Of a stretch of 35,000 nucleotides of DNA, positions 1 to 11,915 are shown one piece after another. The position numbers and the translations under genes were made by a program. Below the pieces are notes generated by a model. It did not search any database. It was not told the origin of the DNA and saw only the letters and a program-made list of their open reading frames with translations. The stretch's first letter is position 1; each line of letters opens with the position of its first letter. The DNA is from Takakia lepidozioides (Eukaryota; Plantae; Bryophyta), in assembly GCA_030704615.1 (NCBI GenBank), contig JAKLZA010000051.1, positions 1 through 35,000 on the forward strand, read 5' to 3'.

Positions 1-825
1 AGGCAAGGTTACAGAATGAATCCCAACTATGCACAGAAGGTTGGAGAAGAGATCAAGGAGTTGGCTAAGGCTAAGTTTATATACCCAATAGAGTATACAA
101 CTTGGTTGTCACCCATTGTGATAGTTCCCAAGAAGAATGGTAAACTAAGAGTTTGTGTGAACTATAAGAAGTTGAATGCTTGCACGAAGAAGGATCCATT
201 TCCTTTGCCATTCACAGAAGCAGTATTGGACACTGTGGCAGCCATGAGATGAACTCATTCATGATGGCTTCAGTGGTTATAATCAAGTGCAAGTGGCAGA
301 AGAAGACCAGGGAAAGACAGCTTTCATCACAGACTGGGGTGCTTATGCATACAAAGTCATGCCTTTTGGACTTTGTAATGCACCAGCAACCTTTCAAAGA
401 GTGATAAGTGAATCCTTTCAGGAGTATCTGGATGACTTCATGCAGGTGTTCTTGGATGATTTCAGTGTGTATAGCTCTAAAAGTGAGCACTTGCATAAAT
501 TAGAGTTATGTTTGGCCAGATGCAGGATGAGAGGTCTGGGCCTGAATCCAGAGAAGTGTACTTTCTGTGTGAACTCAGGGGCGCTTCTGGGACACATTGT
601 GTGTAAGAGGGGACTTCTTGTGGATCCCAGGAAGACAGAGGCCATTAAAGCCTCTCCACCACCAGTAAATGTTAAGAGTCTAAGGAGATTCCTTGGCAAA
701 CCAGTTATTACAGAAGATTTGTCAAAAGGTATGCACAAATAGCAGCACCATTGAGCAAGCTTCTGAAGAAAGATGCAGTGTTTGCATGGACAGCTGAATA
801 TCAACAGGCTTTTGAGGAACTTACA
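1..825 (+). pseudogene. Ty3/gypsy LTR retrotransposon pol fragment (reverse transcriptase and start of connection domain), frameshifted and truncated
   Basis: ORFs 16-252 and 287-742 carry gypsy RT motifs WLSPIVIVPKKNGKLRVCVNYKKLN, KTAFIT, YKVMPFGLCNAPATFQR, VFLDDFSVYS and LLGHIV. The similarity continues to [14 protein letters not shown] (~781-822) and then stops. Frameshifts near 250 and 700. Confidence 0.93.
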
Positions 826-835
826 TTGTCAGTAA

Positions 836-930
836 GAGGTTTACTATTTCATGAGCAGAAACCATGAGCCATGAGCCATGAGCCGCATGAGCGGTGAGCC
901 GAAGTCTAAGATACGCGGATTTCATGAGCG
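836..930 (+). repeat. Terminal/subterminal repeat region of element A, clustered CATGAGC(C) motifs
   Basis: CATGAGC at ~850, 863, 870, 877, 886 and 923, GTGAGCC at ~894, and inverted GCTCATG at ~1060 and ~1080. Confidence 0.75.
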
Positions 931-1676
931 GACTCCTCCAAATTTGGAAATGCGGCAGATTAAACAAGTATTAAAATAATAGTTTTTTATTTGACCTTGC
1001 CGTTTTTGGACGTTCCAGATCATGTAATGCGGCGAAGATATGTCGTCAGTAACAAGTCCGCTCATGGTTTTTTAGATCCGCTCATGGAAATAAGTGACCG
1101 TGCAACGGGAAATCCAGTATACCACTGCAAAAGGACGTCGCATACTGGCCTGTATAGAGTATTCCGCGGTTTTACATGCCTTAACATTGGAATGAAGCTG
1201 ACCCTTTTGCCGCGATTGAACCAATGGAGTCTGCACCAATACAGTCTGCAGTACTTCACAATTCTGTCTTCTTCGGGTATTCGGCGGGAAAGGTTTGCAA
1301 CTGAACTGGGAAATAAGGTGCCGCATTAGGGTTCGCACGTGCGAAATTTCGGAGCGGTTTGGTGTTGGCGAAGGCCGCCTCTGCCAGTACCTACGACGAT
1401 ACTTGGAAATGGGCGCCGCATTTCCTTGTCGGAGGTCGAATGAGGAAAGCAAGTTTTCGGAAAGCAGAAAAACATGAACCCTCCAACATACAAAAATACA
1501 TGCACGTGGAAACAAGTGAACGATATAGTAATATCTTAGTTCGAGCAAAACAGGTTACTGGTAGGCAAGACATATGTCGGACCTTTCTGTGGCCAGAGTC
1601 TGAGGTACTGGCAGCAGTACAGTTCTACTATCCGAAAAGGATGGGCGTACCATTGTATTGGGACCGCAAGCCAAGC

Positions 1677-4600
1677 TCACTGGTCCCCTGGATCCATATT
1701 CAGAAGAGTGTGAACCTCCTGGGGGCTCAACCCTGGTGCATGTATGAAGTGATGAGTTGTGGAATTACAACGGAGTCTCTTTAGGTACACGTAGTACAAA
1801 TGCTTGCAAGGGCAGTATGATGCCCCCTTGTTCGCCATGATCTGGAAGTCGGTGCAATTGCAGGTGGGTAATTCTGAAATGGTGATGGTGTACACCTCAT
1901 TGCGAACAGCTGAGCCCGCCGTGGCCATCTGATACACACGCCCGAATCCTGGTGGGGGGCACTTCTGTCGAGCTCTGGATTGTACAGTTCATCCGAAGTG
2001 CATTCCCCATCCTTGTCTCGTTCACTTTTGAGGGAGGTCGCCGCCTCTTCGGTTTCCCCCAACGGTGTGTAGGATGCTTAGAGCTGTCGTGTCCCATTGT
2101 TCTTGCTCTCACAGGGGTCGGTGGTGGAGGCTGTGGAAGCGGAAATGGTTCTCTGGGGACGTCAGTGCGCTGCACCATCCGAAATCCTGCGGCGGTAAGG
2201 GCGTCGGCCTCAACCTGACTCAGATCGCAGCCTGGTTCCACCGGCCACACCGGGGGAGCCTCTGGCATTGTTTGTATGCCGTACTTGGGCTTTCCATACA
2301 CGCAAGTCATAATGTCGTGCCTGCAGAACCAGAACTGGGTGGTTGTCGCCTCCGCAAACTTTGCATGGACAAATCTTCCTGTAAAAGTAGGAGCAGGGAC
2401 AGCCCCATCTGGATTCCTCCTTATCATCTCTAAACAACGTTGCCGTGTATCCACACGAATTGCGGAACACCTTCCTCGAAACGACGGCTTTGTGCGAGCA
2501 ATTCTCCACTGTGATGCAGACACAGTCGTCTCCACAATGGCTTGGCCATACTGCATAACAGCGGGCGGAATCTGGGGCAAGGGAGCGGTGGGAATTTTTT
2601 GCACGAAATCCCCGGTTGAAGGCGACGGCGATCTGGAATTTCTTGGGCTTCCACTGCTGGAAGACACATTGTGCGGCAACATGACGGGACCTCGAGGTGC
2701 TGTCCGAATGTTCCTGTCGGATCTCCAGGAATCCTCTTCGCACCCGGGTTCCTCTTCAATCCTCCGCCTGACAGGGCGAGTCCGGACGTCCCCCTCTAGG
2801 TGTTCACCTCTGCGGTGCAGAGGCGTCCCTTTGATCTTCTCTCGCAATGCTGTCGCCCATTTCACTGGATTCTTGGACCTCGAAGCTGTTCGTACCAACA
2901 ATTCCTCCCTGTCCGGCCCAAAGCCCCATTGTTTGCCGCTCAGGAACTTGTAGTACGTGGCTTGCTGCATGATTGCTCTGTCGATGTCCTCCGTTGTGGC
3001 CGTCACTACGTCCACCAGATGTGCGGCAGAAGACGCTCGCCAGGAGGAGTGGACCGATTCTGCCATATTCGTGTTCGGCATGTCCGTGTCGGAATCCAAG
3101 CACCGCTCCTAGAAGGACACAAACAATGGTGAGGGACCAATCGAAATGTCCGTAACAGAAAGACAAATGAACGAAATTGACAGCAGCCTACCTCCCGCAT
3201 GTACTGTCCGAACTGTCGATACCGAAAATGCCACCACCCCAACCAGCTGTGCAATGCTCCCAGATTGGTTGTCTCCACTGCACCTGACGTGTTCCACCAA
3301 GCCTCGATGATAGCAAACTTAACCTCCGCGTCATCAAATGTGGGTGCATCCTTCCACGCCGTACAAAGGACACGGTGTTCAGCCTGGAATGAGCTAGCAA
3401 CAAATTTGGTAGTGTAGTGGGATAGACTCTGCATCCAATGGAATCCACAGGATCTCTCTTTCCCCTCCATTGGAACATTGGGGTCCTCACCGTACACACG
3501 CCGCACCGCTGCCCAGTTGGCCTGAGCGTTGTCTGCCATGAATCCCCTGAAATTGGGCTCTGGCAATCCGCCCTTGCCATCTGCTGGTTTATGCCCTCCC
3601 ACAGATGCATTTCGGACTGTGTGTCCTCCCCTTTCATCTCGCAGATTGCAATCGTCATGAGCCTCTTGGAGTGATAGTCATAAACATGCGCACCCATAGT
3701 CACCCACTGATGGTTTGTAATTCGCTTGATGTGATCAAACATCACCCAAGCATTCGACAAGTTTCCAGTTGTCATGCGAGTGACCAAGTCGACTCCACTC
3801 CCAGGCCCACACGTCGACATTTTGAAAATGTAACAACGATCGGATTCGCTGCCTTGCCCTGGAAACCTGCTACCTTGGATGTAGTCATATCCAGTCATTC
3901 GTTCACCTCCAGGATTGAGTACATGTCCGACCCCCTGCCGAATCCTGCTTGCAAGATACGATGTGATTCCGCACATTCGGACTACAAACGTGCGAGACGG
4001 ACTCCAAGAGGTCACGCATCTCGTCTTCGGTCAAGGGCTCTCGGTCGGAACCATCTTCAGACATGATTTTGCCAAGAGCAATCTTGTGGGCTGCCTTCAG
4101 CTGAATCTGCTTTGGTCTGGCTCCGGGGCTCAATTTCACCTCCTCTTTTATGATGTCGTGTGCTTCCTGCACAGCCTCACGCATGTGCCTCTCGCCAAGG
4201 GGTGGCAGTGGACCCCAACGTGTATGCAAGCTCTAGTCAAGTCCGGGAGCAAATGGATTACGTAATATTGCTTGGCTCTGCACATGGACATGCACGTCGG
4301 TGGTTCTTTGCAATGTGCACACTTGAAAGAACCCGCAGGAGCTTGGCTGGAGACAATGAATGGATGATGCGTTGTGCCAGTCCAATCCGTCTCGTTTCTC
4401 TCCGCCCTCCTTTGGAGAGAAAGTGGAAGCAGGTGGGATTGAGGCACCTCAGCTTCCCCGCACAGAGGACATATCGTACACGAACACCATCAGCAATTTC
4501 GTGCTACTGGTCTTCGTCACACACCAGGGGTGTCCGTCATGCTTTCGATCCATGTCTGTTAACATCCCGGAGGCTTTCTTTGACGAAGAAGAAACAGGTG

Positions 4601-5260
4601 GAAACTCGAAGATGACATTGCCATCGACTTCGGGAGGCAGAAAAGTTACCTTTCTGACTGGAATTTGGCATAGTCGAGAGCAGCCAGCTCGGAGCGAGAA
4701 CCATCGAGGTGATGTTGTCGTAGGAGCTGCACAATGGACCGGTTGGAGTTATGCTCGAGGGCACATGCGTAGCACCTACAGAGGACGTCCATGCCGGATT
4801 TGAACGACCGTGTGGAGGACATGGGTACCTCAATGCAATCATCTTCCTCGTCGGAAATGTCGAATACGTCCACACGAGAAGCTATGGAGGGTCTTGACGG
4901 TCCAGGTCGGGAATGATTATCGTTGCATACCTCTCTGTTGGCAGTGGCCGCCTCTCGGTTTCCGGACTCCTTTGTGGATGGTGTGGGCAGCGACTGATTC
5001 GGAAAGGGAATGGGCATTCCCACAGCTCGGTACAGGATGGTGTCTGACGGGGGAACGTGCCATTCGATTCCGCAACCTCCGTCGTTACCTAGCACGACAA
5101 TGGTCTCGTCAACCTGTCCAGGAACATCCTCCTTTCTTCTTCCAAATAAACTGTGCCCGGTTGAGCTTGAATTTGGAACAAAGGTAAGTTTCAGTCACTC
5201 TGCAAAGTCCTCCCTCGTTTGGGATCCAGGCTCCCAAGTTGCGGAGGACAGCAAACTATA
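1677..5260 (-). pseudogene. MULE-family transposase of element A: GCM/WRKY-like Zn domain, DDE core, Cys-rich domain, C-terminal SWIM finger; several frameshifts
   Basis: Read across frames: MDRKHDGHPWC...C.N..C...CAHC...RACIHVGVHCHP (Zn domain); WVMFDHIKR (D1); FMADNAQAN (D2); CGFHW (CxxH); TNMAESVHSSW (E), just after a GT-AG intron at ~3190-3110; PTCNCTDF...PCKHLYY (SWIM). The 5' end is uncertain. Confidence 0.85.
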
Positions 5261-5699
5261 GCGTAGGAATTCGGAGCCATCGAACACCGCACGGAGTTGG
5301 CAAGTGCGAGGTTCAGTATAGCGACAGACCAAGGCTCACAGGCACCATCTAAGTGGATCTGCGGAGTCCATCGACGATTGGAAGTCGCACATTGAAGTGG
5401 AAAGTATTGTTTCAAGCTACATGCATGAAGGTGGGAGGTTTATTCCATAGCCAGTAAGTATGACAATGATGGCCGATTCGGCGACGAAATAACATCTCCT
5501 GACAGTTTCTCCTGAGGGTGGATCCAGCAGTATTCTCGGTGCAGACAGGAACGTTCGCACTGACAAGTGCCAGGACTGTTGGTTAAAACGGTCAGACAAC
5601 CAAGTTGTGCTCATCAAGACTGGCCGCAATGTTGTTTCGGAACAATGCAACCCATTGAGGTTCCAGATTTCCCGTCCCGAGTGATTCTTTCGATTGCTG

Positions 5700-7435
5700 G
5701 TGGACGGAAATACGGCGCCGCATTTCCGTATTGCATCTTGGTCATGCACCAGAGCGACGGAAATGCGGCACGAGTTTCCGTCCGGGGGAAACCTTTATAC
5801 TCTCCAGAACGGAAATGCGGTAACGCATTTCCATCCAGCAAGCACGGTATGTGAAGGTGGAACGGAAATGCGGTACCGCATTTCCGTTCTGATTGAGAAT
5901 TATGAACAACGGGGACAGAAATGCGGCACCGCATTTCGTCCGAGTCGCACTTTTCCGACATTCCAGAACGGAAATGCGGCGCCGCATTTCCATTTGTATC
6001 TGATGCATGAGCTGAGGGATAGAAATGCTGCAGCACATTTCCGTCCTTAAAAGACTTCATACTCTCCAGAACGGAAATGCGGTACCGCATTTCCATTCAA
6101 CAAGCACGTATGTGAAGGTGGAACGGAATGCGGTACCGCTTTCCGTTCTGATTGAGAATTATGAACAACGGGAACAGAAAGCGGCACCGCATTTCCGTCC
6201 GAGTCGCACTTTCCGACATTCCAGAACGGAAATGCGGCGCCGCATTTCCATTTTGTATCTGATGCATGGAGCCGAGTGCGATTCCGACAGCTTCATACAG
6301 CGCAATTCCGACCGCTTGAGACATTCTACTATCCAGAACGGAAATGCGGTACCGCATTTCCGTTCTGACTGAAAATCGTGAACCATCTGAACTGAAATGC
6401 GGCAGCGTATTTCCATCCGAGTCGCACCTACCAACATTCCAGAACGGAAATGCGGTACCGCATTTCCGTTCTGACTGAAAATCGTGAACCATCGGAACTG
6501 AAATGCGGCAACGCATTTCCATCCGAGTCGCACCTCCCAACATTCCAAACGGAATGTATAGATTCAGAAGGGAAATGCGGCACCGCATTTCCGTTCTGAT
6601 GAAATATCCTGAAACATCGGAACTGAAATGCGGTACCGCATTTCCGTCGGAGTCGCACCTTCCGACATTCAAAACGGAAATGCGGCGCCGCATTTCCGTT
6701 TTGTATGTGAGGCATGGAGCTGTGGAACGAAATGCGGAAAGCATTTCCGCCAGCGTCAGACGTTAATACTCTACAGAACGGAAATGCGGTACCGCATTTC
6801 CGTTCTGACTGAAAATCGTGCGCAACGGGAACAGAAATGCGGCACCGCATTTCCGTCCGAGTCGCACCTTCCGACATTCTAGAACGGAAATGCGGCGCCG
6901 CATTTCCGTTTTGTATATGGGGCCTGGAGCTGTGCTACGGAAATGTGTTGCCGCATTTCCATCCATGTGAGACCTTCAAACTTTCAGACCGGAAATGCGG
7001 CACCGCATTCTGTCCAGGTGAGACCTCTATACTTTCCCGAACGGAAATGTGGCACGGCATTTCCATTCATCAACTAACGTATGTGAAGGGGGAACGGAAA
7101 TGCGGTACGCATTCCGTTCACATTGAAAATCATGAACCACGGGAACTGAAATGTTGTGCCTCATTCCGTCCGAATCGCACCTTTCGACATTCCAGAACGG
7201 AAATGCGGCGCCGCATTTCCCTTTGAATCTCATACATGGAGCTGTGGGACGGAAATGCGGCACCGTATTTCCGTTCAACAACTAAGGTATGTGAAGGTGG
7301 AACGGAAATGCGGTGCCGCATTTTCTTCCAACAAGTACGGATGTGTAGCTTCGTGATGGTACTTAACGGAAATGCGGCGCCGCATTCGCATTTCGCTCCA
7401 ACTCATCAGACGCTGGGACGGAAATGCCTGAAATG
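5700..7435. repeat. Array of about 33 palindromes GGAAATGCGG-NN-CCGCATTTCC at ~52-bp spacing, with a ~262-bp (5-unit) higher-order repeat
   Basis: GAAAT starts at 5707, 5760, 5812, 5865, 5918, 5971, 6022, 6074, ~6126, 6177, 6229 and onward. The block at 5799-6008 recurs at 6061-6268. Confidence 0.95.
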
Positions 7436-7820
7436 TGAACACGTGGAGCAACGGAATTGCTGCACATGTCGGCACTCTATCTGACTGAAGGGGCATGAGG
7501 CGCGCGGGCCTGACCGTTGGATAATGATGTTTGTTTTTCGGACGGCAGGCGTACCCTGAACGATTCGAATTTCGTAATGACGCAAAGTCCACGAGGAGAC
7601 ACTTTCGTCCAACCCTTTCGAACCAAGTGGTGCATCACCGCCGTTTCATCTACTTTGTCGTGTCTCCTCAGTCACCCCTCTCGCGCCCTTTCCATCTGCA
7701 CTCTTTGCCCCTTTTCCCTCTCTCTGTTCTTCTTATGCTCGAACCTGAGAGGGGGGAGTTCGTGCACCAGACAGGAGACCTCGTCGCAAGCTCCGGAAAT
7801 TATACTTCGGACGTAGGCCA

Positions 7821-10800
7821 ATGCCGAAGGGGAGGAAGCAGATGCGTCTACAGGAGGAGATTGCCATCTCCGAGCAGCAGGCCACTCAGGCAACCCAGCC
7901 ACCAGTGAGAGCTCCATGCGATCGGGCTGCGCGCAGCTGATCGAGCACCGAACCCCCCATTTTGCTTCTGTAATTCTTAGACTGAATGCTAGGAGACTTG
8001 AATGCAGAACATGTTTGCATGCCTAACAGGAAAGGTGGACGTGCTGGAGGGATCGCAGGAATCCGAAGAGCCGCAGGAAGAGTCCGAGGAGCTAGCTGCA
8101 GCACGTACACCCACCCGATCCCCGAGCGCGGGTATTCCTGCCGGGCCTAGCCCTGTGCGATTCAAAGACGCGTCTTCGAAGGGCAAGTTCAAAGCCCCGA
8201 GATCGACTCGCGTTCTTCGGTCAGGAGAATCGCCAGCAGGGGTCGGGCCCTTCTCCAGCAAAGTCGAAGAAGAAGCAGCCCGTCCCTCTACTGGCTTTGA
8301 ACCGGCTCAGGCCGATTCACCCCCCCCGAATGCCCCCAACGCAAGCAGCAGGGTAGAAGACAGATTCAATTGCAGCAGACACTTCACCTGCAAGGATGAG
8401 GAAGCAGAAGGCAATCAGGGCGACGGGCGAACAATCTCCCGCAAAACCGCTTCCACGAGCTGAAGCTCAGTTCCTGGAGGATTTCCGCCTGCAGATGTTG
8501 GGGCCGACTCTGCTGCAGCGAAGGCAATGGGATCGACCGTTGATCTCGATTTGGTACCGGAGGAGGGTGCTGCCGCTCAACGTTCGCAGCAAGACCTCAC
8601 CACCGATGAGCAAGCAGGCCCGGAGGAGGCCTCTGCAATGGCAGAATTGCCCGCAGACAGGCCCCAGAGTGCAGCTCCAGTTGAGGATGCTCCAGCTGCT
8701 CAGCCACTACCGGCACCTACAGACATGTCTCCGGGGATTTCAAAAGTGCAGCGGATAAAATGTTGGGGAGACACACAGTAGCATTGGCAGAGTTCTGGGA
8801 GCAGGGTATTCCAGCGGACTCTTCGAATCCCACTCTGTCGCATGGTCTCCCTTCCCATCGTCAGGCAGGCCCTTCCCGGAGATGTGGATAAGCTCAAGTT
8901 CGCATTTCGAGAAGGGTACCGTCTGGGATCGGCAGCGTTTTACGTTTCCATTGAGAATGAGGACGGCGAAACTCGTGGACCCACTGCCGATGAATTGTCA
9001 ACGTGGGATACCCACTGGCACACTCGCAACACGAATTCGAGGCGACGCTGAAGGGTGATCCAGACTTCGGCCATATGTCGGGTAAAATGTTCTTTGTGTG
9101 GGACGGGAATCACCGACTTCTCGCCTGGTGGGAGTACATCAAGCAGAACCATGCCAAGCACATTGGCTGGCATTACATGGTGGAGTGTGTCATCCTGAAG
9201 GTGAAGGCGGCAGACTCCTCCCTGCTCAAGAATGCCATGGCGGACCTCAACTCGTAAGATACTCATACCCTCCCTAGCACGTTCGAAATGCGGTGCCGCA
9301 TTTCGGTTTCCATTCTGGTTTGTTTCCGTGCTTCCGTGTACTGAACTGGAGAGTGTGCCTTGCAGGGTCACTGAGAATGCGTACGTGCATACCCACATGG
9401 CACATATGCTGTACAGGGTGAGGAAAACTGGTCTCACTGATCCGCAGATGTTTGCGGAAATGCTGGAGCCCGAGCTCATTCAGAAAGCCGTTGCAAAAAC
9501 AGACCGGACATGGTATCGTCTCACTATGGATGGAAGTGGAGGTGATATACGAAGTAAGTCGTCCTCCAATTTCCCTCTGCTCATCCTTCCCCAATTTCAG
9601 TAATGTTTCCACATGAATCGAATGTAACGCTTCTGCATGTTTTTGTTGGCAGTCAAACATCAAGCTGGATTTGGCCCATGCCAAACGCTTCTTCATGGAA
9701 AGTGAGGGGCAGGTCAAAACGTTGCAGTCATTGACTGAGCACTTGAAGGAAGCCGGTGTCAAGTCCAGAACCAAATACAAGTCAAAGCTTGTGAAGCTGG
9801 TGGCAATTGCAGATCCGGCACTTGGAAAGGACTTCATCCCCGAGATTGCAAAACACTATTCGGGCCATGCAGCCGACCATGCAATTGGAGAAACTGCATC
9901 ACCTCTCAACGGCATGTGTGGAGGCGAAAGCGAAGGTGAGGTTTCAATGCACTGAAGTTCCTTCCTAGCAATAGCCACTCTCTTCCAGCTCCTGACATTG
10001 GATCGGAAATGGCAGACACGGTGGCTGTCGATCTGGAATGCATCCGAGAGCATAAGGACAATGTGGTCTTTTCCACTGGAAGTTTCCGACCCTGCAGTGG
10101 ATGTGTGGCTCAACCGTATGACTTGGTGGTTCCAGGTAATTCAAGGTACTTCCCCAGATTTGCTTTCTGAAATGAATTCCCTGAACTGCTACGTGACAAT
10201 GCATTTGGGAATTGCAGGTAATGTCGAATGCGAAGGAGCAAGTCGTAATGCACACAAATTCGTTCGGCTTGTACGTCAAATGGGATGGAACACAGACATT
10301 GGAAGACTACGTGACACGTTTCAGATGTGCGTACAAGGACAAACCTTTTCGCCAGAGAGCTACAGACAGCAAGAAGGAGCGTGGAGTTTACACATCAGGA
10401 GGGAGTGGGGAAAGCTGCAATGCGAATTGTTTACAGGTGAAGCACAGCTGCCCTTGTATGCGAAGCCTGGTTACGAGGTTTGTCTCGGAAATGCGACACC
10501 GCATTCGCATTTTATGTTTTCGGTGGCACTCTGCGAGTAGGTTGGTCTCAACTTTTGCTCACGCATGCTGACTGCCTTGCAGGTATATGAAATACGTGCT
10601 CCTTCAGACAGGGGCCCTGGCTCAAGAGCCCCCGTTCTTCATGGCTTGGACCGTGGCGGGCCCAAGCTGTGTCTACACACCCGAGATGCAGAAACAATGG
10701 CATCCCGCGCATCTCGTTGGATGCCCGTGGTACCTGGACATGTCTGGCGGTATTGTTGACGAGTCTGAGAAAGATCTGCACGCCTTGGCAGAAGAGAAGA

Positions 10801-11128
10801 GAAAGGAAAGACGTGTCCCTGCTGGGCCAAAGTCGGCAAAGGAATCTGCTGCTCTGGAAGAATCCAGAAAGGCAGCTGAGATGGCACAAAAGACGGTGGA
10901 TGCAGCTGTGCAGGCCCAACAGAAGGGGTCGAAGAAGAGGACTCGCCAGCAAGGAGCAGCTGTTGTGACACCCGCCAAAACGAAGAAGTAGAAACAGCCT
11001 GTTCAGGAAGAGGGTGAGGAAGAGGACTCCGATGGAGACTTTGCAACCAGCCCACCCCCCCAAACGCAGGCTGCCTCCCCTGTGCCCACCGTTGTCACGA
11101 GAGGCACGAGAACTGGCTCGGCAAAGAA
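7821..11128 (+). pseudogene. Element A ParB-like/methyltransferase fusion gene, 5' part (acidic low-complexity N-terminus, ParB/Srx-like domain, helical linker); multi-exon; split by element B
   Basis: LRIPLCRMVSLPIVRQAL...GYRLGSAAFYVS...MFFVWDGNHRLLAW (~8820-9130). GT-AG introns at ~9254-9365, ~9554-9652, ~10136 and ~10478-10582. Exon-by-exon homology to 11916-15651. In-frame stops and frameshifts are present, and the start codon is tentative. Confidence 0.8.
11120..11128 (+). repeat. Left 9-bp target-site duplication of element B (GGCAAAGAA)
   Basis: Identical to 33654-33662. Removing the element plus one copy restores the reading frame ...TGSAKKALFNPPGGHPF... Confidence 0.8.
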
Positions 11129-11205
11129 GGGGGGTGCTATTCCGTGAGCCTGGAGGCGTGAGCCTGTGAGCCCAGGAAAGCGTGAGCCCAGCACAGGCTC
11201 ACGCC
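11129..11205 (+). repeat. Left TIR/subterminal CGTGAGCC cluster of element B
   Basis: Four (C/T)GTGAGCC copies plus one inverted GGCTCACG within ~75 bp. Confidence 0.85.
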
Positions 11206-11915
11206 ACGTCAGCATGCAAACAGTGCCTATTTCCGCGGATGTCACCTATTTCCGAGTGGGGTCACCTATTTCCGCGGGTTGATGTGGGGAGAATTGAGAA
11301 TTGAGAACAAAGTGGTTTGTTTGTTTTTGCAATGTACTCAAGTCTGTGAGGTCCACAAAACAACAAATATATTGAAGGAACAATCCGGGCAGTCCATGCA
11401 ACCCCCATCTCCAACAATAGTTTGGAACCATGAATGTGAATTCCATGCACACATTGCAAAGAGGACAATAAGGACACACAACCATCCCATTTCAAATTTG
11501 TCCCAGAATTAAACCAAAAGAATACTTCATATCAAGTGTCGCAGTCATCACAATCAATGTCCACCTCCTGTGCTATGTCATCTACAAAGATTCTGGCCCC
11601 AACACCACGTGTTCTACGAAGGCCATCGCAAGGTGGACTCTGAGTGCCATGAACGGACATGCTTGCTGCGAGTGCCTCCGCATAGACAGGTAGCACACAA
11701 GACCGAGGAGGACTGAAAACAAGTCCAAATAGGTGTGATAGCCCAGGAGGGCAAGTGGAAGCACGCGGACTCCTACACATGTCCACAAAATTCCATTTTT
11801 AACACAATGATGCAATGCACAAGTCCAACGAAGAGGATGTCTCCCATTTGCACTTTGCCTCAAGAACAGCGATTCTCGATAATGAAACAACAATGCAAGC
11901 ATGCACAGGTTCAAC

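Noticed and set aside
991-1784. Plus-strand ORFs 991-1329 and 1359-1784 as an extra cargo gene
   Set aside because: No recognisable motifs, no counterpart in element B, and partial antisense overlap with the transposase end.
5700-7435. CRISPR-like look: ~22-bp palindromic repeats with ~30-bp spacers
   Set aside because: Spacers recur in a 5-unit higher-order pattern instead of being unique, no cas genes are present, and the context is eukaryotic.
11532-11786. Minus-strand ORF as an additional last exon of the MTase gene
   Set aside because: A donor-like GTGAGT exists near 11920, but I found no convincing acceptor or homology support.
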